Positions 55,257 to 64,000 of a stretch of 64,000 nt of DNA are shown here, in pieces. The position numbers and the translations under genes are program-made. The notes under the pieces are model-generated. The model made no database searches. It was not told where the DNA came from and worked only from the letters and a program-made list of their open reading frames with translations. The number at the start of each line of letters is the position of its first letter. Position 1 is the first letter of the stretch. The stretch is from Candidatus Equadaptatus faecalis. GTDB lineage: Bacteria > Synergistota > Synergistia > Synergistales > Synergistaceae. The DNA is taken from NCBI GenBank assembly GCA_018065065.1, contig JAGHTZ010000023.1:2552-66551 (forward strand), written 5' to 3'.

Positions 55257-56453
55257 ATGAGTATCCCCATGCAGTTTCCGGGACTTTTCAGTCTCATAAT
55301 ACTGCTGACCGACGACAACCCTGCCCATACGGAGCAGAGTCTTGCCGTTGCCTGCAGCCTCTCAGACATCACCGGCGCTGAAATAGCGAGCTTCAGCGTA
55401 CCAAAGCTCAAGGGACTGCGCCGTTTTATTGCAGGTAAACGCAAGGTGCAGCTGCTTACCGGACGCAGGGAAGAAACGCTCTCATGGCTGAACTATGCAA
55501 AAGGGGGAACGCTGCTGCATTCGGTATCGGCGCTGTTTAAGCAGAGGAAAATAAAAGACAACTCGTCAAAAACAATCATTATCTCTGCCGGCAGTGAAAC
55601 AGCGGCATACAACCTTGCCGTAGCGTCTGCGTGGAACGTCGCATGCTCAGTAATAGGAAATCCTGAAGGCGTAGGAACGAAGCCATTTGAATTCGTGATA
55701 ATTCCGGAATACGAAAAACAGCCGGCAGAACCCAATATACTGAAAATTGTCACGCCTCCCAACAACATCGGCGGGAAAGAACTTGACGAAAAAGCGAAGG
55801 CGCTGCTTGAAAAACGCAAGGCTGACGGCAGCAGAATATGGCCTCTGCTTGTAGGCGGAAGCGGAGCAGACAACAGCATGGATCCTGAAAAGCTGAGGCT
55901 TTTGGCTGCAAAACTTGCCTGCAGGGCGGAAGCCTGCGGCATGCAGATATATGCGGGAACCTCTTCACGCACGGACAGGAAATGTCTCGCTGTCCTGCAG
56001 AAACTGGCAGAGCAGAACGAAGCCGTGCATTGTCTTTTGCCGGAGGAATACGGCGAAGACCTGCATTATGCCCTTATGGGAATAACTGACACGGTTTTCT
56101 GCACGGAAGACCTCTTCGGCGAAATATCGGAAGCTGTCACCGCAGGCAGAAAAGTTGTGCTTCTGCGTACTGCCTGCGCGAAGGGATTGAAACAGAAAAT
56201 CAGCCGCCTGACAGGCAGACTTGTAGAAAACGGTGCTCTGCAGCGCTTCCGGGCACACGGAACTGCAAGAAACAACCTGGTCTACGACAGATTCAAGCGG
56301 CACGGCAAACTTCAGGAATTTGAAAACTGGCTGCTTTACTGCGGCACAAAAGAAACACCCTCATCCGGCCTTGACGGGGAAACCTCCGTATGGAGAAACT
56401 TCAATGAAGCGCGGCGCGCGGCAAAATGGATTGCAGAAAGCCTGGCTGAATAA
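55257..56453 (+). CDS. ELM1/DUF1022-family putative glycosyltransferase-like protein
   Basis: The N-terminal IILLTDDNPAHTEQSLAVA resembles the DUF1022 motif (vLsDgkaGhenQslGlA). The gene sits at the end of the Kdo cluster. Confidence 0.45.
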   Translation: MSIPMQFPGLFSLIILLTDDNPAHTEQSLAVACSLSDITGAEIASFSVPKLKGLRRFIAGKRKVQLLTGRREETLSWLNYAKGGTLLHSVSALFKQRKIKDNSSKTIIISAGSETAAYNLAVASAWNVACSVIGNPEGVGTKPFEFVIIPEYEKQPAEPNILKIVTPPNNIGGKELDEKAKALLEKRKADGSRIWPLLVGGSGADNSMDPEKLRLLAAKLACRAEACGMQIYAGTSSRTDRKCLAVLQKLAEQNEAVHCLLPEEYGEDLHYALMGITDTVFCTEDLFGEISEAVTAGRKVVLLRTACAKGLKQKISRLTGRLVENGALQRFRAHGTARNNLVYDRFKRHGKLQEFENWLLYCGTKETPSSGLDGETSVWRNFNEARRAAKWIAESLAE

Positions 56454-56575
56454 GGCTGAATAAAAGGCTGAATAAAAGCGCGGAACACGCGCTGCATACA
56501 AATCGTCAAAAGCAAATATTTGTGCTACAATATAGCGGTAGCGAAATATTAAAACTGCGGAAAGGCGGTCGTCAC

Positions 56576-57637
56576 ATGAAGAAAATTATAACGGCATTAT
56601 TAACGGCATCTCTCATAGTCACTTGTGCAGCTTCAGTCGGTTTTGCGGTGCAGAAAACGTCTGCAAAGACAAGCACGAAAACAGTTGCGAAAAAGACGGT
56701 TGCGAAAAAGACAGCTGCAAAAACAGCAGCGAAACCTGCTCAGAAAACAAAGCAGCTCCCTCAGACACAGTGTAAAATATTGCCGGGGCATACTGAAACT
56801 GCCGACACACTGCTTGTAACTGCCGAATGGCTCAAAAATAATCTTAACAACGTTATCCTTATTGACTGCCGCTTTGCAAGTCTCTATCAGGCAAGCCACA
56901 TCCCCGGAGCAGTCAGCGCACCGTGGACGTACTTTGTGAACACCACCGCGCCCAACGGAAGCGAAGAATACGGAACAATCCTTCCCGCAGAACAGCTTGC
57001 CAAGAAAATCGGCGCTCTCGGCATCAACGGAAACCGTCAGGTTGTATGCTACAGCGACACAGGCGACTGGGGGCAGGGAGCCTGGACTGTCGCGGTTCTC
57101 CGCATAGCCGGCATAACCAACGCCAAAATGCTTGACGGCGGAATCTACGTATGGAAAAATGCAAAATATCCGCTCACGAACAAACCGTCGAAGAACAAAG
57201 CGGTGCCGTTTGCCATACAGCAGTCTGTCAAAGACGAATACGTTATCCTTACCGACGGAGTGCAGGAACTGATGGGAAAACCGACAACAGTTATAGCCGA
57301 CGTTCGCACGCTCCCCGAATATGAAGGGAAAATCGCGCCGTTCAAAGAAAAACGCAAAGGACATCTTCCGGGAGCAATCCACCTTCCGATGGACAACTTC
57401 GTGGACATAGCGAGCGGACGCTTTAAAACAGCGGACGAAATCAAAGCGGAACTTGAAGCAAAAGGCATAACGAAAGACACAGACCTTGTACTTTACGACA
57501 CCTGCGGAGTACGTGCCGGTTTTGCCGCAATGGCGTGCAGAATGGCAGGCTTCGGCAAGGCAAAATTCTACGATAACGGCTTCCAGGCATGGGCAGGAAA
57601 CAACATGATGCCGATAGAAGTCACGGAACAGCAGTAA
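56576..57637 (+). CDS. Secreted tandem-rhodanese sulfurtransferase with a K/T/A-rich low-complexity linker
   Basis: A signal peptide, MKKIITALLTASLIVTCAASVGFA, is followed by KTSAKTSTKTVAKKTVAKKTAAKTAAKP. Two rhodanese domains follow, one with an active-site-like YDTCGVRAG motif. Confidence 0.75.
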   Translation: MKKIITALLTASLIVTCAASVGFAVQKTSAKTSTKTVAKKTVAKKTAAKTAAKPAQKTKQLPQTQCKILPGHTETADTLLVTAEWLKNNLNNVILIDCRFASLYQASHIPGAVSAPWTYFVNTTAPNGSEEYGTILPAEQLAKKIGALGINGNRQVVCYSDTGDWGQGAWTVAVLRIAGITNAKMLDGGIYVWKNAKYPLTNKPSKNKAVPFAIQQSVKDEYVILTDGVQELMGKPTTVIADVRTLPEYEGKIAPFKEKRKGHLPGAIHLPMDNFVDIASGRFKTADEIKAELEAKGITKDTDLVLYDTCGVRAGFAAMACRMAGFGKAKFYDNGFQAWAGNNMMPIEVTEQQ

Positions 57638-57671
57638 GACACAAGCGGCTTAAATTTGAAACGCAAACAGG

Positions 57672-57701
57672 CGCCTGTTGCAGACAGGCGTCAGTTTTTT
57701 A
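57672..57701 (+). terminator. Rho-independent terminator after the rhodanese gene
   Basis: CGCCTGT-TGCAG-ACAGGCG is followed by TCAGTTTTTT. Confidence 0.7.
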
Positions 57702-57742
57702 TTTATTTAACGGCGAAAAAGGGTTAAAATGTAGCGTACGAG

Positions 57743-58090
57743 GTGATGGATTTGTCAATTTCAGGCTGCTGCGGAACAGACTGCGAGGCGTGCGAAGCAA
57801 GAAGAGCGACGCTTCAGAAAGACGCCGCCGCTCTGGCAAAGCTTGCCGTTGCGGAAGAAAACGCCGGAGGAGGTTCCTTTGTCCTGCCGTCGAAGCTCAA
57901 ATGCACAGGCTGCCTTGAGCCCGGCGTAAAAAGCATACGCTGCCAGCAGTGCAGAATCCGCATGTGTGCACAGGAAAACCGCATACCGCACTGCGGCTTC
58001 TGCGAAAACTTTCCCTGCGAACTCACAGGCGACGCGTGGGAAGCAATACCTGAATACAAACACAACCTCGAACAGCTAAAAAGCAGATAA
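57743..58090 (+). CDS. DUF3795-family Cys-rich protein
   Basis: The pattern CCGTDCEACE...CTGC...CQQCRIRMCA...CGFCENFPC is present. Confidence 0.65.
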   Translation: MMDLSISGCCGTDCEACEARRATLQKDAAALAKLAVAEENAGGGSFVLPSKLKCTGCLEPGVKSIRCQQCRIRMCAQENRIPHCGFCENFPCELTGDAWEAIPEYKHNLEQLKSR

Positions 58091-58145
58091 AAATACAGCA
58101 GACAGCAATGGCGCTGACGCGCCGCAGACAGCAGACGGCAGACAT

Positions 58146-58198
58146 ATGCTATAAGCTGCAAGCTATAAGCTATAAGCTAAGTGCTAAATGCTAAGTGC
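58146..58198 (+). repeat. NNNAAGC heptamer-family repeat, site D
   Basis: The sequence is ATGCTATAAGCTGCAAGCTATAAGCTATAAGCTAAGTGCTAAATGCTAAGTGC. Confidence 0.7.
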
Positions 58199-58468
58199 GC
58201 TCTTAAAGGTTCTAAATGCCGACAGCCAGATGACCGTAGGGAATATCGACCGTAGGGAGAATACAGCCAACAGCCGTCAGCGCGAGCGAAGCTAGCAATA
58301 CAGCGGCGCGAAGCGCCAGCGGGCTTTACGTTTTTAACTTTAATGAAGGCTTGTGAAGCAAGCCCGCCATAATTGGTTTTTATGGTAACTGATTTTTTTG
58401 GTAATTGTACTTTATAGTCATTGGTTCTTACGGTAATTGGTTTTTTACAACGAAAGGAAGCGGTAAAC

Positions 58469-59314
58469 GTGTTTAAAATTCTGAGCAAAGAAAAACTTGC
58501 CCCCAAAGAATACAGCTTTTGGATAGACGCGCCGCGCATCGCCTCGCACGCGAAGCCGGGGCAGTTTGTCTCCGTGCGCGCTTCGGAAACAGGCGAACGC
58601 ATACCGCTTACGATAGCCGACTTCGATGCGGAAAAAGGGCGCATACGCCTTATATTTCAGGTGGTGGGAAAAAGCACGGCTCTCATGTCGCAGCTTGAAG
58701 CCGGAGACGAAATAAAAGACGTTGCAGGGCCTCTCGGCAAAGCCAGCGAAACAGACAAATTCGGCACGGTGCTTCTCATAGGCGGCGGCATAGGAATAGC
58801 CGCGATATACCCGATACTCCGCAGACTGAAACAGCTCGGCAGCAGGGTAACAGCAATACTCGGCGCCCGCACGGCGGAGCTTGTCATACTGCAGGAAGAA
58901 TGCAAAAAATACTGCGACGAGCTGATAATCACAACCGACGACGGTAGCCTTGGCGAAAAAGGGCTTGTCACCGACGCGATGAAACGCCTTGCACAGCGCG
59001 GAGAAAAGCCTGACCGCTGCTGGTGTGTTGGTCCTTCCGTAATGATGAAATTCTGCCAGAAAACGGCTAAGGAACTCGGCTGGCCGATATGGGTGTCGCT
59101 CAACCCCCTCATGCTTGACGGCACAGGAATGTGCGGCTGCTGCAGGGTAACGATAGACGGCGAAATCAAATTTGCCTGCGTGGACGGCCCCGAATTTGAC
59201 GGGCACAAGGTTGACTGGACAGAATTTATGAACCGTCTTGCGCAGTACAGGGACGAAGAAAAAATCTCCATGGAAAAATACGAAGCGGAAACGGGTGAAA
59301 AATCATGGCTGTAA
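58469..59314 (+). CDS. Sulfide dehydrogenase-like / NfnA-type FAD- and NAD-binding oxidoreductase subunit
   Basis: The N-terminus FKILSKEKLAPKEYSFWIDAP, RIPLTIADFD, GGGIGIAAIYP and a C-terminal GTGMCGCCRV cluster are present. The start is set at GTG after AAAGGAAG. Confidence 0.75.
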   Translation: MFKILSKEKLAPKEYSFWIDAPRIASHAKPGQFVSVRASETGERIPLTIADFDAEKGRIRLIFQVVGKSTALMSQLEAGDEIKDVAGPLGKASETDKFGTVLLIGGGIGIAAIYPILRRLKQLGSRVTAILGARTAELVILQEECKKYCDELIITTDDGSLGEKGLVTDAMKRLAQRGEKPDRCWCVGPSVMMKFCQKTAKELGWPIWVSLNPLMLDGTGMCGCCRVTIDGEIKFACVDGPEFDGHKVDWTEFMNRLAQYRDEEKISMEKYEAETGEKSWL

Positions 59315-60714
59315 CGCAGAAAAACAAAACCCCCATTGCAGAGCTGAACCCTGCCGAACGCGTCACAAACTTCAAAGAAGTCTGCCTCGGCTACACGGCG
59401 GAAGAAGCGAAACGCGAAGCTGAACGCTGCCTGCAGTGCAAAACGAAGCCGTGCATTTCAGGCTGCCCAGTAGGCATAGACATTCCCGGCTTCATCCGCG
59501 CTCTAAGGGAAGAAAGCGCCGAAAAAGCGGCGGAAATAATAGCTGAGCAAAGCTGTTTTCCTGCGGTGTGCGGCAGGGTATGCCCGCAGGAAAAACAGTG
59601 CGAAGGCGTATGTACGGTCGGAAAAATCAAAGACTGCGAACCTGTTGCGATAGGCAAACTTGAGCGCTTCGTTGCTGACCGCGCGCTCGAAAAAGGCGTG
59701 AAAACCGCAGCGCTCTCGGAAAAAAACGGCAGAAAAGTCGCGGTAATAGGCTCAGGCCCCTCTGCCTTGGCGCTTGCAGGCAGCCTTGCCAAAAAAGGCT
59801 TTGAAATAAAAATATTTGAAGCGCTTCACGAAGCAGGCGGAGTGCTTCTCTACGGCATACCCGAATTTCGTCTGCCGAAAAAAATAGTTGCCGCTGAAAT
59901 CGAAAAACTGAAACAGCTCGGCGTTGACATCGAATGCAACGTCGTAGCCGGAAAAACCGTAACGCTCGACGAACTCCGTGCGCAGTACGACGCGGTGTAC
60001 ATAGCGATAGGCGCAGGCACGCCGCACATGCAGGGCATACCGGGCACCTCGCTCAACGGCGTATATTCGGCAAACGAATATCTGACGAGGATAAACCTCA
60101 TGAAAGGCTACAAATTCCCCGAAAGCGACACGCCCGCAAAACGCGCGCGCAGCGTTGTAGTCGTCGGCGCCGGAAACGTTGCCATGGACTCCGCGCGCTG
60201 TGCCAAAAGGCTTGGCGCGGAAAGCGTCACGCTTGTCTACCGCCGCTCTGTCGAAGAAATGCCCGCGCGAATAGAAGAATACCACCACGCCGTACAGGAA
60301 GGCATAGAATTTGCGTGGCTCACAAACCCTGTTGCCTACCTCGGCGACGAAAACGGCAGGCTTAAAGCAGTGCGCTGCGTCAAAATGGAACTCGGCGAAC
60401 CTGACGAAAGCGGACGCAGACGCCCCGTGCCCGTCAAAGACAGCGAATTTGAAATACCCTGCGACCTTGCGGTTGAAGCGATAGGACAGGGCCCCAACAG
60501 AATACTGCTTGACGAAGCGCCTGATCTTGCGCTCAACAGACGCGGCTACATAGAAGTTGACCCCGAAACGGGCAAAACCTCGCTTTCCGGAGTATATGCC
60601 GGAGGAGACATAACGACAGGGGCGGCAACCGTTATAGGCGCTATGGGGGCTGCCCGCCGCGCATCGGCAGCTATTGAGGAATATCTGAAAAATCCGGCAG
60701 AAACGAAAAAATAA
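59305..60714 (+). CDS. NADPH-dependent glutamate synthase small-subunit-like oxidoreductase (GltD/NfnB type)
   Basis: Fe-S motifs are CLQCKTKPCISGCP and CGRVCPQEKQCEGVC. Dinucleotide folds are VAVIGSGPSALA and VVVVGAGNVAMD. Confidence 0.85.
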   Translation: MAVTQKNKTPIAELNPAERVTNFKEVCLGYTAEEAKREAERCLQCKTKPCISGCPVGIDIPGFIRALREESAEKAAEIIAEQSCFPAVCGRVCPQEKQCEGVCTVGKIKDCEPVAIGKLERFVADRALEKGVKTAALSEKNGRKVAVIGSGPSALALAGSLAKKGFEIKIFEALHEAGGVLLYGIPEFRLPKKIVAAEIEKLKQLGVDIECNVVAGKTVTLDELRAQYDAVYIAIGAGTPHMQGIPGTSLNGVYSANEYLTRINLMKGYKFPESDTPAKRARSVVVVGAGNVAMDSARCAKRLGAESVTLVYRRSVEEMPARIEEYHHAVQEGIEFAWLTNPVAYLGDENGRLKAVRCVKMELGEPDESGRRRPVPVKDSEFEIPCDLAVEAIGQGPNRILLDEAPDLALNRRGYIEVDPETGKTSLSGVYAGGDITTGAATVIGAMGAARRASAAIEEYLKNPAETKK

Positions 60715-62396
60715 TGTACGTAATTCCGGCGCCTCTTGCGATAATCCTTGCAACGCTCCTGCTTGCTGCCGGAAGCTTCTTCTTTGAAAACAAAAGAAAA
60801 TATTTCGGGCTTGCGCTGCTGCTCGGAATTTTAATCTCAACGCCGTGGTTTGTCCGCCTTGCAATATTCTCCGAAATAAACTACGCCGACGGGCTTCTCT
60901 ACGTTGCGTACAGCTTCAGCTGCGCGTTCTTCGCGGTAATATTCTTCGGAATTTCCTCAAGACTGCGCTTCGCAAAACCTCTCAACTGCATACTCTTTAC
61001 GCTGCTGCTTATTCCCTGCGGCGTCTGCTTTGCCTACGGCATAAGCTGCAAAGCGGTACTCAACGTTGACGCTCTCATAGCGATATGGCAGACAAACCTC
61101 AAAGAGGCGTGCGAATACGTGCGCGAATACGCGACAGTCACAAACGCGCTGCTTTTGTGCGTTCTGCTTGCGGCGGTATACGCGCTCTTCCTCCGCCTTT
61201 CAGACAGCAGGCTGACGCTCCCCGGCAAAAGCAGAAAAGAAAAAAAAGCGGCGCTCGCCCTGCTTGCGCTTCTCCTTGTCTGCGGCGGCGAACTGTGCTA
61301 TAAAACGAGCATGAACAGCATATCCATGGTCTATGCCAACGCGCTCAAAAGCGTGAACGAATACCGCCTCTTCAAAAAAACAGCACAGGAAAGAAAAGAA
61401 GCTCTTGCCGCCTCCGGACAGCTTGCGAAAATACGAGTCAGCGAAGGCGGGGGAATATACGTCCTCGTAATCGGTGAATCCCACAACAGGGACTACATGT
61501 CCGCATACGGCTATGCAAAAGAAAATACTCCGTGGCTTTCGCAAATGAAAAACAAAGAAAACTGCATACTTTTCACGCGCGGCTGCTCGTGCCACACACA
61601 GACAATTCCGGCGCTCTCCTGCGCCCTCACCGCGAAAAACCAGTACAACGGGGCGCAGCTCTCGGAAGCCGTATCGGTACTCGAAGCCGCGGAAGCTGCC
61701 GGTTACGAAACGGCGTGGCTCAGCAACCAGGTAAAATACGGCATGTGGGACACCCCTGTATCAGTCATAGCCTCCTCTGCGAAACAGCAGGTATGGCTCA
61801 ACGAATGTACCGGCAACACAAGCTTCACCTCGGTTTATGACGGGGAACTTGTCAGCGCGCTCGGCAAAATAAAAATCAAAAACAAAATGCTGATAGTCGT
61901 GCATCTCATGGGCAGCCATATAGACTACGACCGGCGCTGCCCGAAAGAATACGCGAAATTCGGGACAGAAACTGACGAAGCCGCATACTGCAACAGCGTG
62001 CTCTACACAGACGCGGTGCTCAAAGGCATATACGAAAAAGTCAGCAGCCTGCCGGACTTCAAAGCAATGCTCTATTTCTCCGACCACGCCTCCGTACCCA
62101 AACAGAAGCTTGACCACGACTCCGCGCGGTTTGTCTCCTCAATGACGCACATTCCAATGTTTGTCTGCTTCAGCAAAAAATACGCGGCGGCGCAGCCGGA
62201 AAAAGTCGCGCAGCTCAGACGCGCGGCAGACAGCTGCTTCACAAACGACCTCATATTCAACCTTCAGCTTGCGCTCATGGGAATAGAAATCCCGTTGCTG
62301 TACGAAAAAGAAAACGACCTTGCAAGCAAAGCCTACAACGCAGACCCCGACCGCTTCCGCACCTCATACGGAGAACGGAAAATAGACAAAAGATAA
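60714..62396 (+). CDS. Phosphoethanolamine transferase (EptA-like sulfatase-family LPS-modifying enzyme)
   Basis: Five N-terminal TM helices precede the sulfatase domain (VLVIGESHNRDYMSAYGY, HLMGSH). Confidence 0.7.
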   Translation: MYVIPAPLAIILATLLLAAGSFFFENKRKYFGLALLLGILISTPWFVRLAIFSEINYADGLLYVAYSFSCAFFAVIFFGISSRLRFAKPLNCILFTLLLIPCGVCFAYGISCKAVLNVDALIAIWQTNLKEACEYVREYATVTNALLLCVLLAAVYALFLRLSDSRLTLPGKSRKEKKAALALLALLLVCGGELCYKTSMNSISMVYANALKSVNEYRLFKKTAQERKEALAASGQLAKIRVSEGGGIYVLVIGESHNRDYMSAYGYAKENTPWLSQMKNKENCILFTRGCSCHTQTIPALSCALTAKNQYNGAQLSEAVSVLEAAEAAGYETAWLSNQVKYGMWDTPVSVIASSAKQQVWLNECTGNTSFTSVYDGELVSALGKIKIKNKMLIVVHLMGSHIDYDRRCPKEYAKFGTETDEAAYCNSVLYTDAVLKGIYEKVSSLPDFKAMLYFSDHASVPKQKLDHDSARFVSSMTHIPMFVCFSKKYAAAQPEKVAQLRRAADSCFTNDLIFNLQLALMGIEIPLLYEKENDLASKAYNADPDRFRTSYGERKIDKR

Positions 62397-62470
62397 AACG
62401 TAGTTTTTATGATGTATTTCCTCTTGACTTTCTCTTGTTTTGTTTTATAATCTACACTACTTTGGTAGGG

Positions 62471-62935
62471 ATGGTGAATTTAGTGTCGATAAATCAGAAG
62501 TGTCAGTACGCGCTGAGGGCTCTTTTCGAGCTTGCCGTAAAAAATTCCGGCGAGCCGTGCAAGATTGGCGCCGTTGCGGAAGCTCAGGGAATCCCCGTGC
62601 GTTTTCTGGAAAATATCCTGAACAGTCTGAAGAGCGGCGGTTTTGTCGCTTCTTCGCGCGGCAAGGACGGAGGCTACGTGCTTGCAAAGCCTGCTTCGGC
62701 TATTACGGTCGGCGAGGTTATCCGCTTTGTGCAGGGGCCTTTTGCCCCTGTTGAGTGCGCCGCGTCGGGCAGTGATTTGTGCGCGTTTTCCGACGACTGC
62801 GTTTTTCATCCGCTTTGGGAGAGGGCGCGGATTGCTTTGGAGCAGGTGTACGACGGCACTACTTTGGCTGATTTGGTGGACGAACAGAAAAAACGTGCCG
62901 CGTTTTGCGCAGGCTGTAAGAAAAATAACCAATAA
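62471..62935 (+). CDS. Rrf2-family transcriptional regulator (IscR-like)
   Basis: KCQYALRALFELA, GIPVRFLENILNSLKSGGFVASSRGKDGGYVLA and a spaced Cys cluster (C..C....C) are present. Confidence 0.85.
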   Translation: MVNLVSINQKCQYALRALFELAVKNSGEPCKIGAVAEAQGIPVRFLENILNSLKSGGFVASSRGKDGGYVLAKPASAITVGEVIRFVQGPFAPVECAASGSDLCAFSDDCVFHPLWERARIALEQVYDGTTLADLVDEQKKRAAFCAGCKKNNQ

Positions 62936-62955
62936 TCTGTTACGGAGGCAATAAA

Positions 62956-64000
62956 ATGAGAAAGGTTTATCTGGACAATTCGGCTACTACGAAGGTTGAC
63001 GACGCTGTTTTGAAGGAGATGCTGCCGTTTTTCAGCGAGGCTTACGGCAATCCTAACAGCCTTCACAGTTTTGGCAGGGACGCCCGCGCGGCGGTTGACA
63101 AGGCGCGTTCGCAAGTGGCGGCGCTTATCAACGCCAGACCGCAGGATATCGTTTTCACGGGCGGCGGCAGCGAGGCGGACAATCTTGCGATAAAGGGCAT
63201 TGCCTTTGCGCTGAAGGACAAGACGAGAAATCACATAATAACAAGCGCAATAGAACATCACGCCATGCTTCACACGATTGACTGGCTGTGCAAAAATTTC
63301 GGTTTCCGTTCAACGGTTCTGCCTGTTGACAGCAAAGGGTTGGTCAGTCCCGAAGCGCTGAATGACGCGATATGCCCGGAGACTTTCATTGTTTCCGTTA
63401 TGTTCGGCAACAATGAAATAGGAACAATAGAGCCGGTTCAGCAGCTTGGAGAGATTTGCCGCAGACGCGGGGTTCTGTTCCATACGGATGCCGTTCAGGC
63501 AGCCGGACACGTTGATATAGACGTTGAAAAACTGAATATAGATATGATGTCCATGTCCGCGCACAAGATGTATGGCCCAAAAGGCGTAGGTGCCCTTTAT
63601 ATCCGCAGGGGTTTGAAGCTTGCAAGCCTTGTTCACGGCGGGGGGCAGGAGTTTGGGCTTCGCGCGGGCACCGAAAATACTGCGGGCATAGTCGGTTTTG
63701 GCAAGGCTGCGGAGCTTGCTAAGGAACGTCTTGCGTCAGGCGGCGCTGACAATGAGAGACGTCTGCGCGACAAGCTGATTGACGGTCTGCTTGAAAGAAT
63801 TCCGGAGCTTATCGTCACAGGCGACCGCGAAAGCCGTCTGCCGTATCACGCAAGTGTCTGCGTGCGCCACATTGAGGGCGAGGGCATGCTTCTGCTTATG
63901 GACGCGGAAGGCATTGCCGTTTCCAGCGGTTCCGCCTGTACGTCGGGCAGTCTGTCGGCAAGCCACGTTCTGCTTGCGACAGGTTTGACCGCCGCCGTTG
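62956..64000 (+). CDS. nifS: Cysteine desulfurase (NifS/IscS family), 3-prime end outside the window
   Basis: The gene is not in the ORF track because no stop lies in the window. A GGAGG RBS precedes MRKVYLDNSATTKVDD...NPNSLHSFGR...GGGSEADNLAIKG...SAHKMYGPKG...SSGSACTS. Confidence 0.9.
   Translation, partial: MRKVYLDNSATTKVDDAVLKEMLPFFSEAYGNPNSLHSFGRDARAAVDKARSQVAALINARPQDIVFTGGGSEADNLAIKGIAFALKDKTRNHIITSAIEHHAMLHTIDWLCKNFGFRSTVLPVDSKGLVSPEALNDAICPETFIVSVMFGNNEIGTIEPVQQLGEICRRRGVLFHTDAVQAAGHVDIDVEKLNIDMMSMSAHKMYGPKGVGALYIRRGLKLASLVHGGGQEFGLRAGTENTAGIVGFGKAAELAKERLASGGADNERRLRDKLIDGLLERIPELIVTGDRESRLPYHASVCVRHIEGEGMLLLMDAEGIAVSSGSACTSGSLSASHVLLATGLTAAV

Noticed and set aside
56444-56493. Three tandem GGCTGAATAA units at the end of the ELM1-like gene, followed by an AGCGCG-GAACA-CGCGCT hairpin
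   Set aside because: It is a short local duplication that creates successive in-frame stop codons and a weak terminator. Nothing suggests a function beyond termination.
58200-58468. Short direct repeats (GACCGTAGGGA x2; ATTGGTTTTT / GGTAATTG motifs) upstream of the nfnA-like gene
   Set aside because: They are too short and degenerate to distinguish from chance in a spacer. They could be regulatory, but I cannot support that from sequence alone.
59752-60864. 370-aa minus-strand ORF
   Set aside because: It is antisense to the GltD/NfnB-like gene and the start of the eptA-like gene, with no motifs. It is a shadow ORF.
1-64000. Search for rRNA, tRNA, tmRNA, integrase, transposase or IS inverted repeats
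   Set aside because: No cloverleaf-like or rRNA-like segments and no recombinase-like ORFs were recognised in any intergenic region or frame. I have no tRNA scanner available, so absence of small RNAs is not proven.

Overview
This is a 64-kb chromosomal window from a diderm bacterium. It carries lipid A/Kdo genes together with RNase Y and DivIVA, which suggests a Synergistota- or Negativicutes-like lineage (inference only). I found no rRNA, tRNA, CRISPR array, integrase or transposase. Bases 1-31400 are one large plus-strand O-antigen/ECA-like polysaccharide locus. It holds a CapD-type dehydratase, an aminotransferase and a PglC-like phosphotransferase, a full WbpA/I/E/D/B-type set for a 2,3-diacetamido uronic acid, and RmlAB plus a WecE-like aminotransferase, an acetyltransferase and a WecF-like GT56. 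It also encodes Wzx, Wzy, Wzz and further glycosyltransferases. Three accessory segments interrupt this locus. (1) A visibly AT-rich island of about 6.9 kb (1799-8719) is bracketed by a duplicated aminotransferase 3-prime end. It carries an ABC-type ATPase plus a small PD-(D/E)xK-like protein, a KAP NTPase, and an OLD-like ATPase-TOPRIM / Dam methyltransferase / RES-domain trio. (2) An AT-rich four-gene cassette of about 2.7 kb (15406-18074) encodes a 2TM protein, a GHKL ATPase, a STAS-like DUF4325 protein and a second 2TM protein. (3) A decayed mobile remnant (28181-30422) contains 160-bp direct repeats, a RhuM fragment, a KilA-N gene, an inverted rmlA fragment and an orphan antitoxin with a toxin stub. 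The OLD-like/Dam/RES trio in island 1 and the island 2 cassette are my best candidates for undescribed defence or conflict systems. The rest of the window is housekeeping: folE2-queD, a HAD hydrolase, yggS, divIVA, recG, rny, ymdB, an NSS transporter and alr. It continues with a lipid A/Kdo cluster (lpxI-lpxB-msbA-lpxK fusion-kdsA-kdsD-waaA-DHS-like-kdsB-ELM1-like). After that come a rhodanese, a DUF3795 protein, nfnAB-like genes, a phosphoethanolamine transferase and an Rrf2-nifS pair. A dispersed heptanucleotide (NNNAAGC) repeat family marks four intergenic sites.
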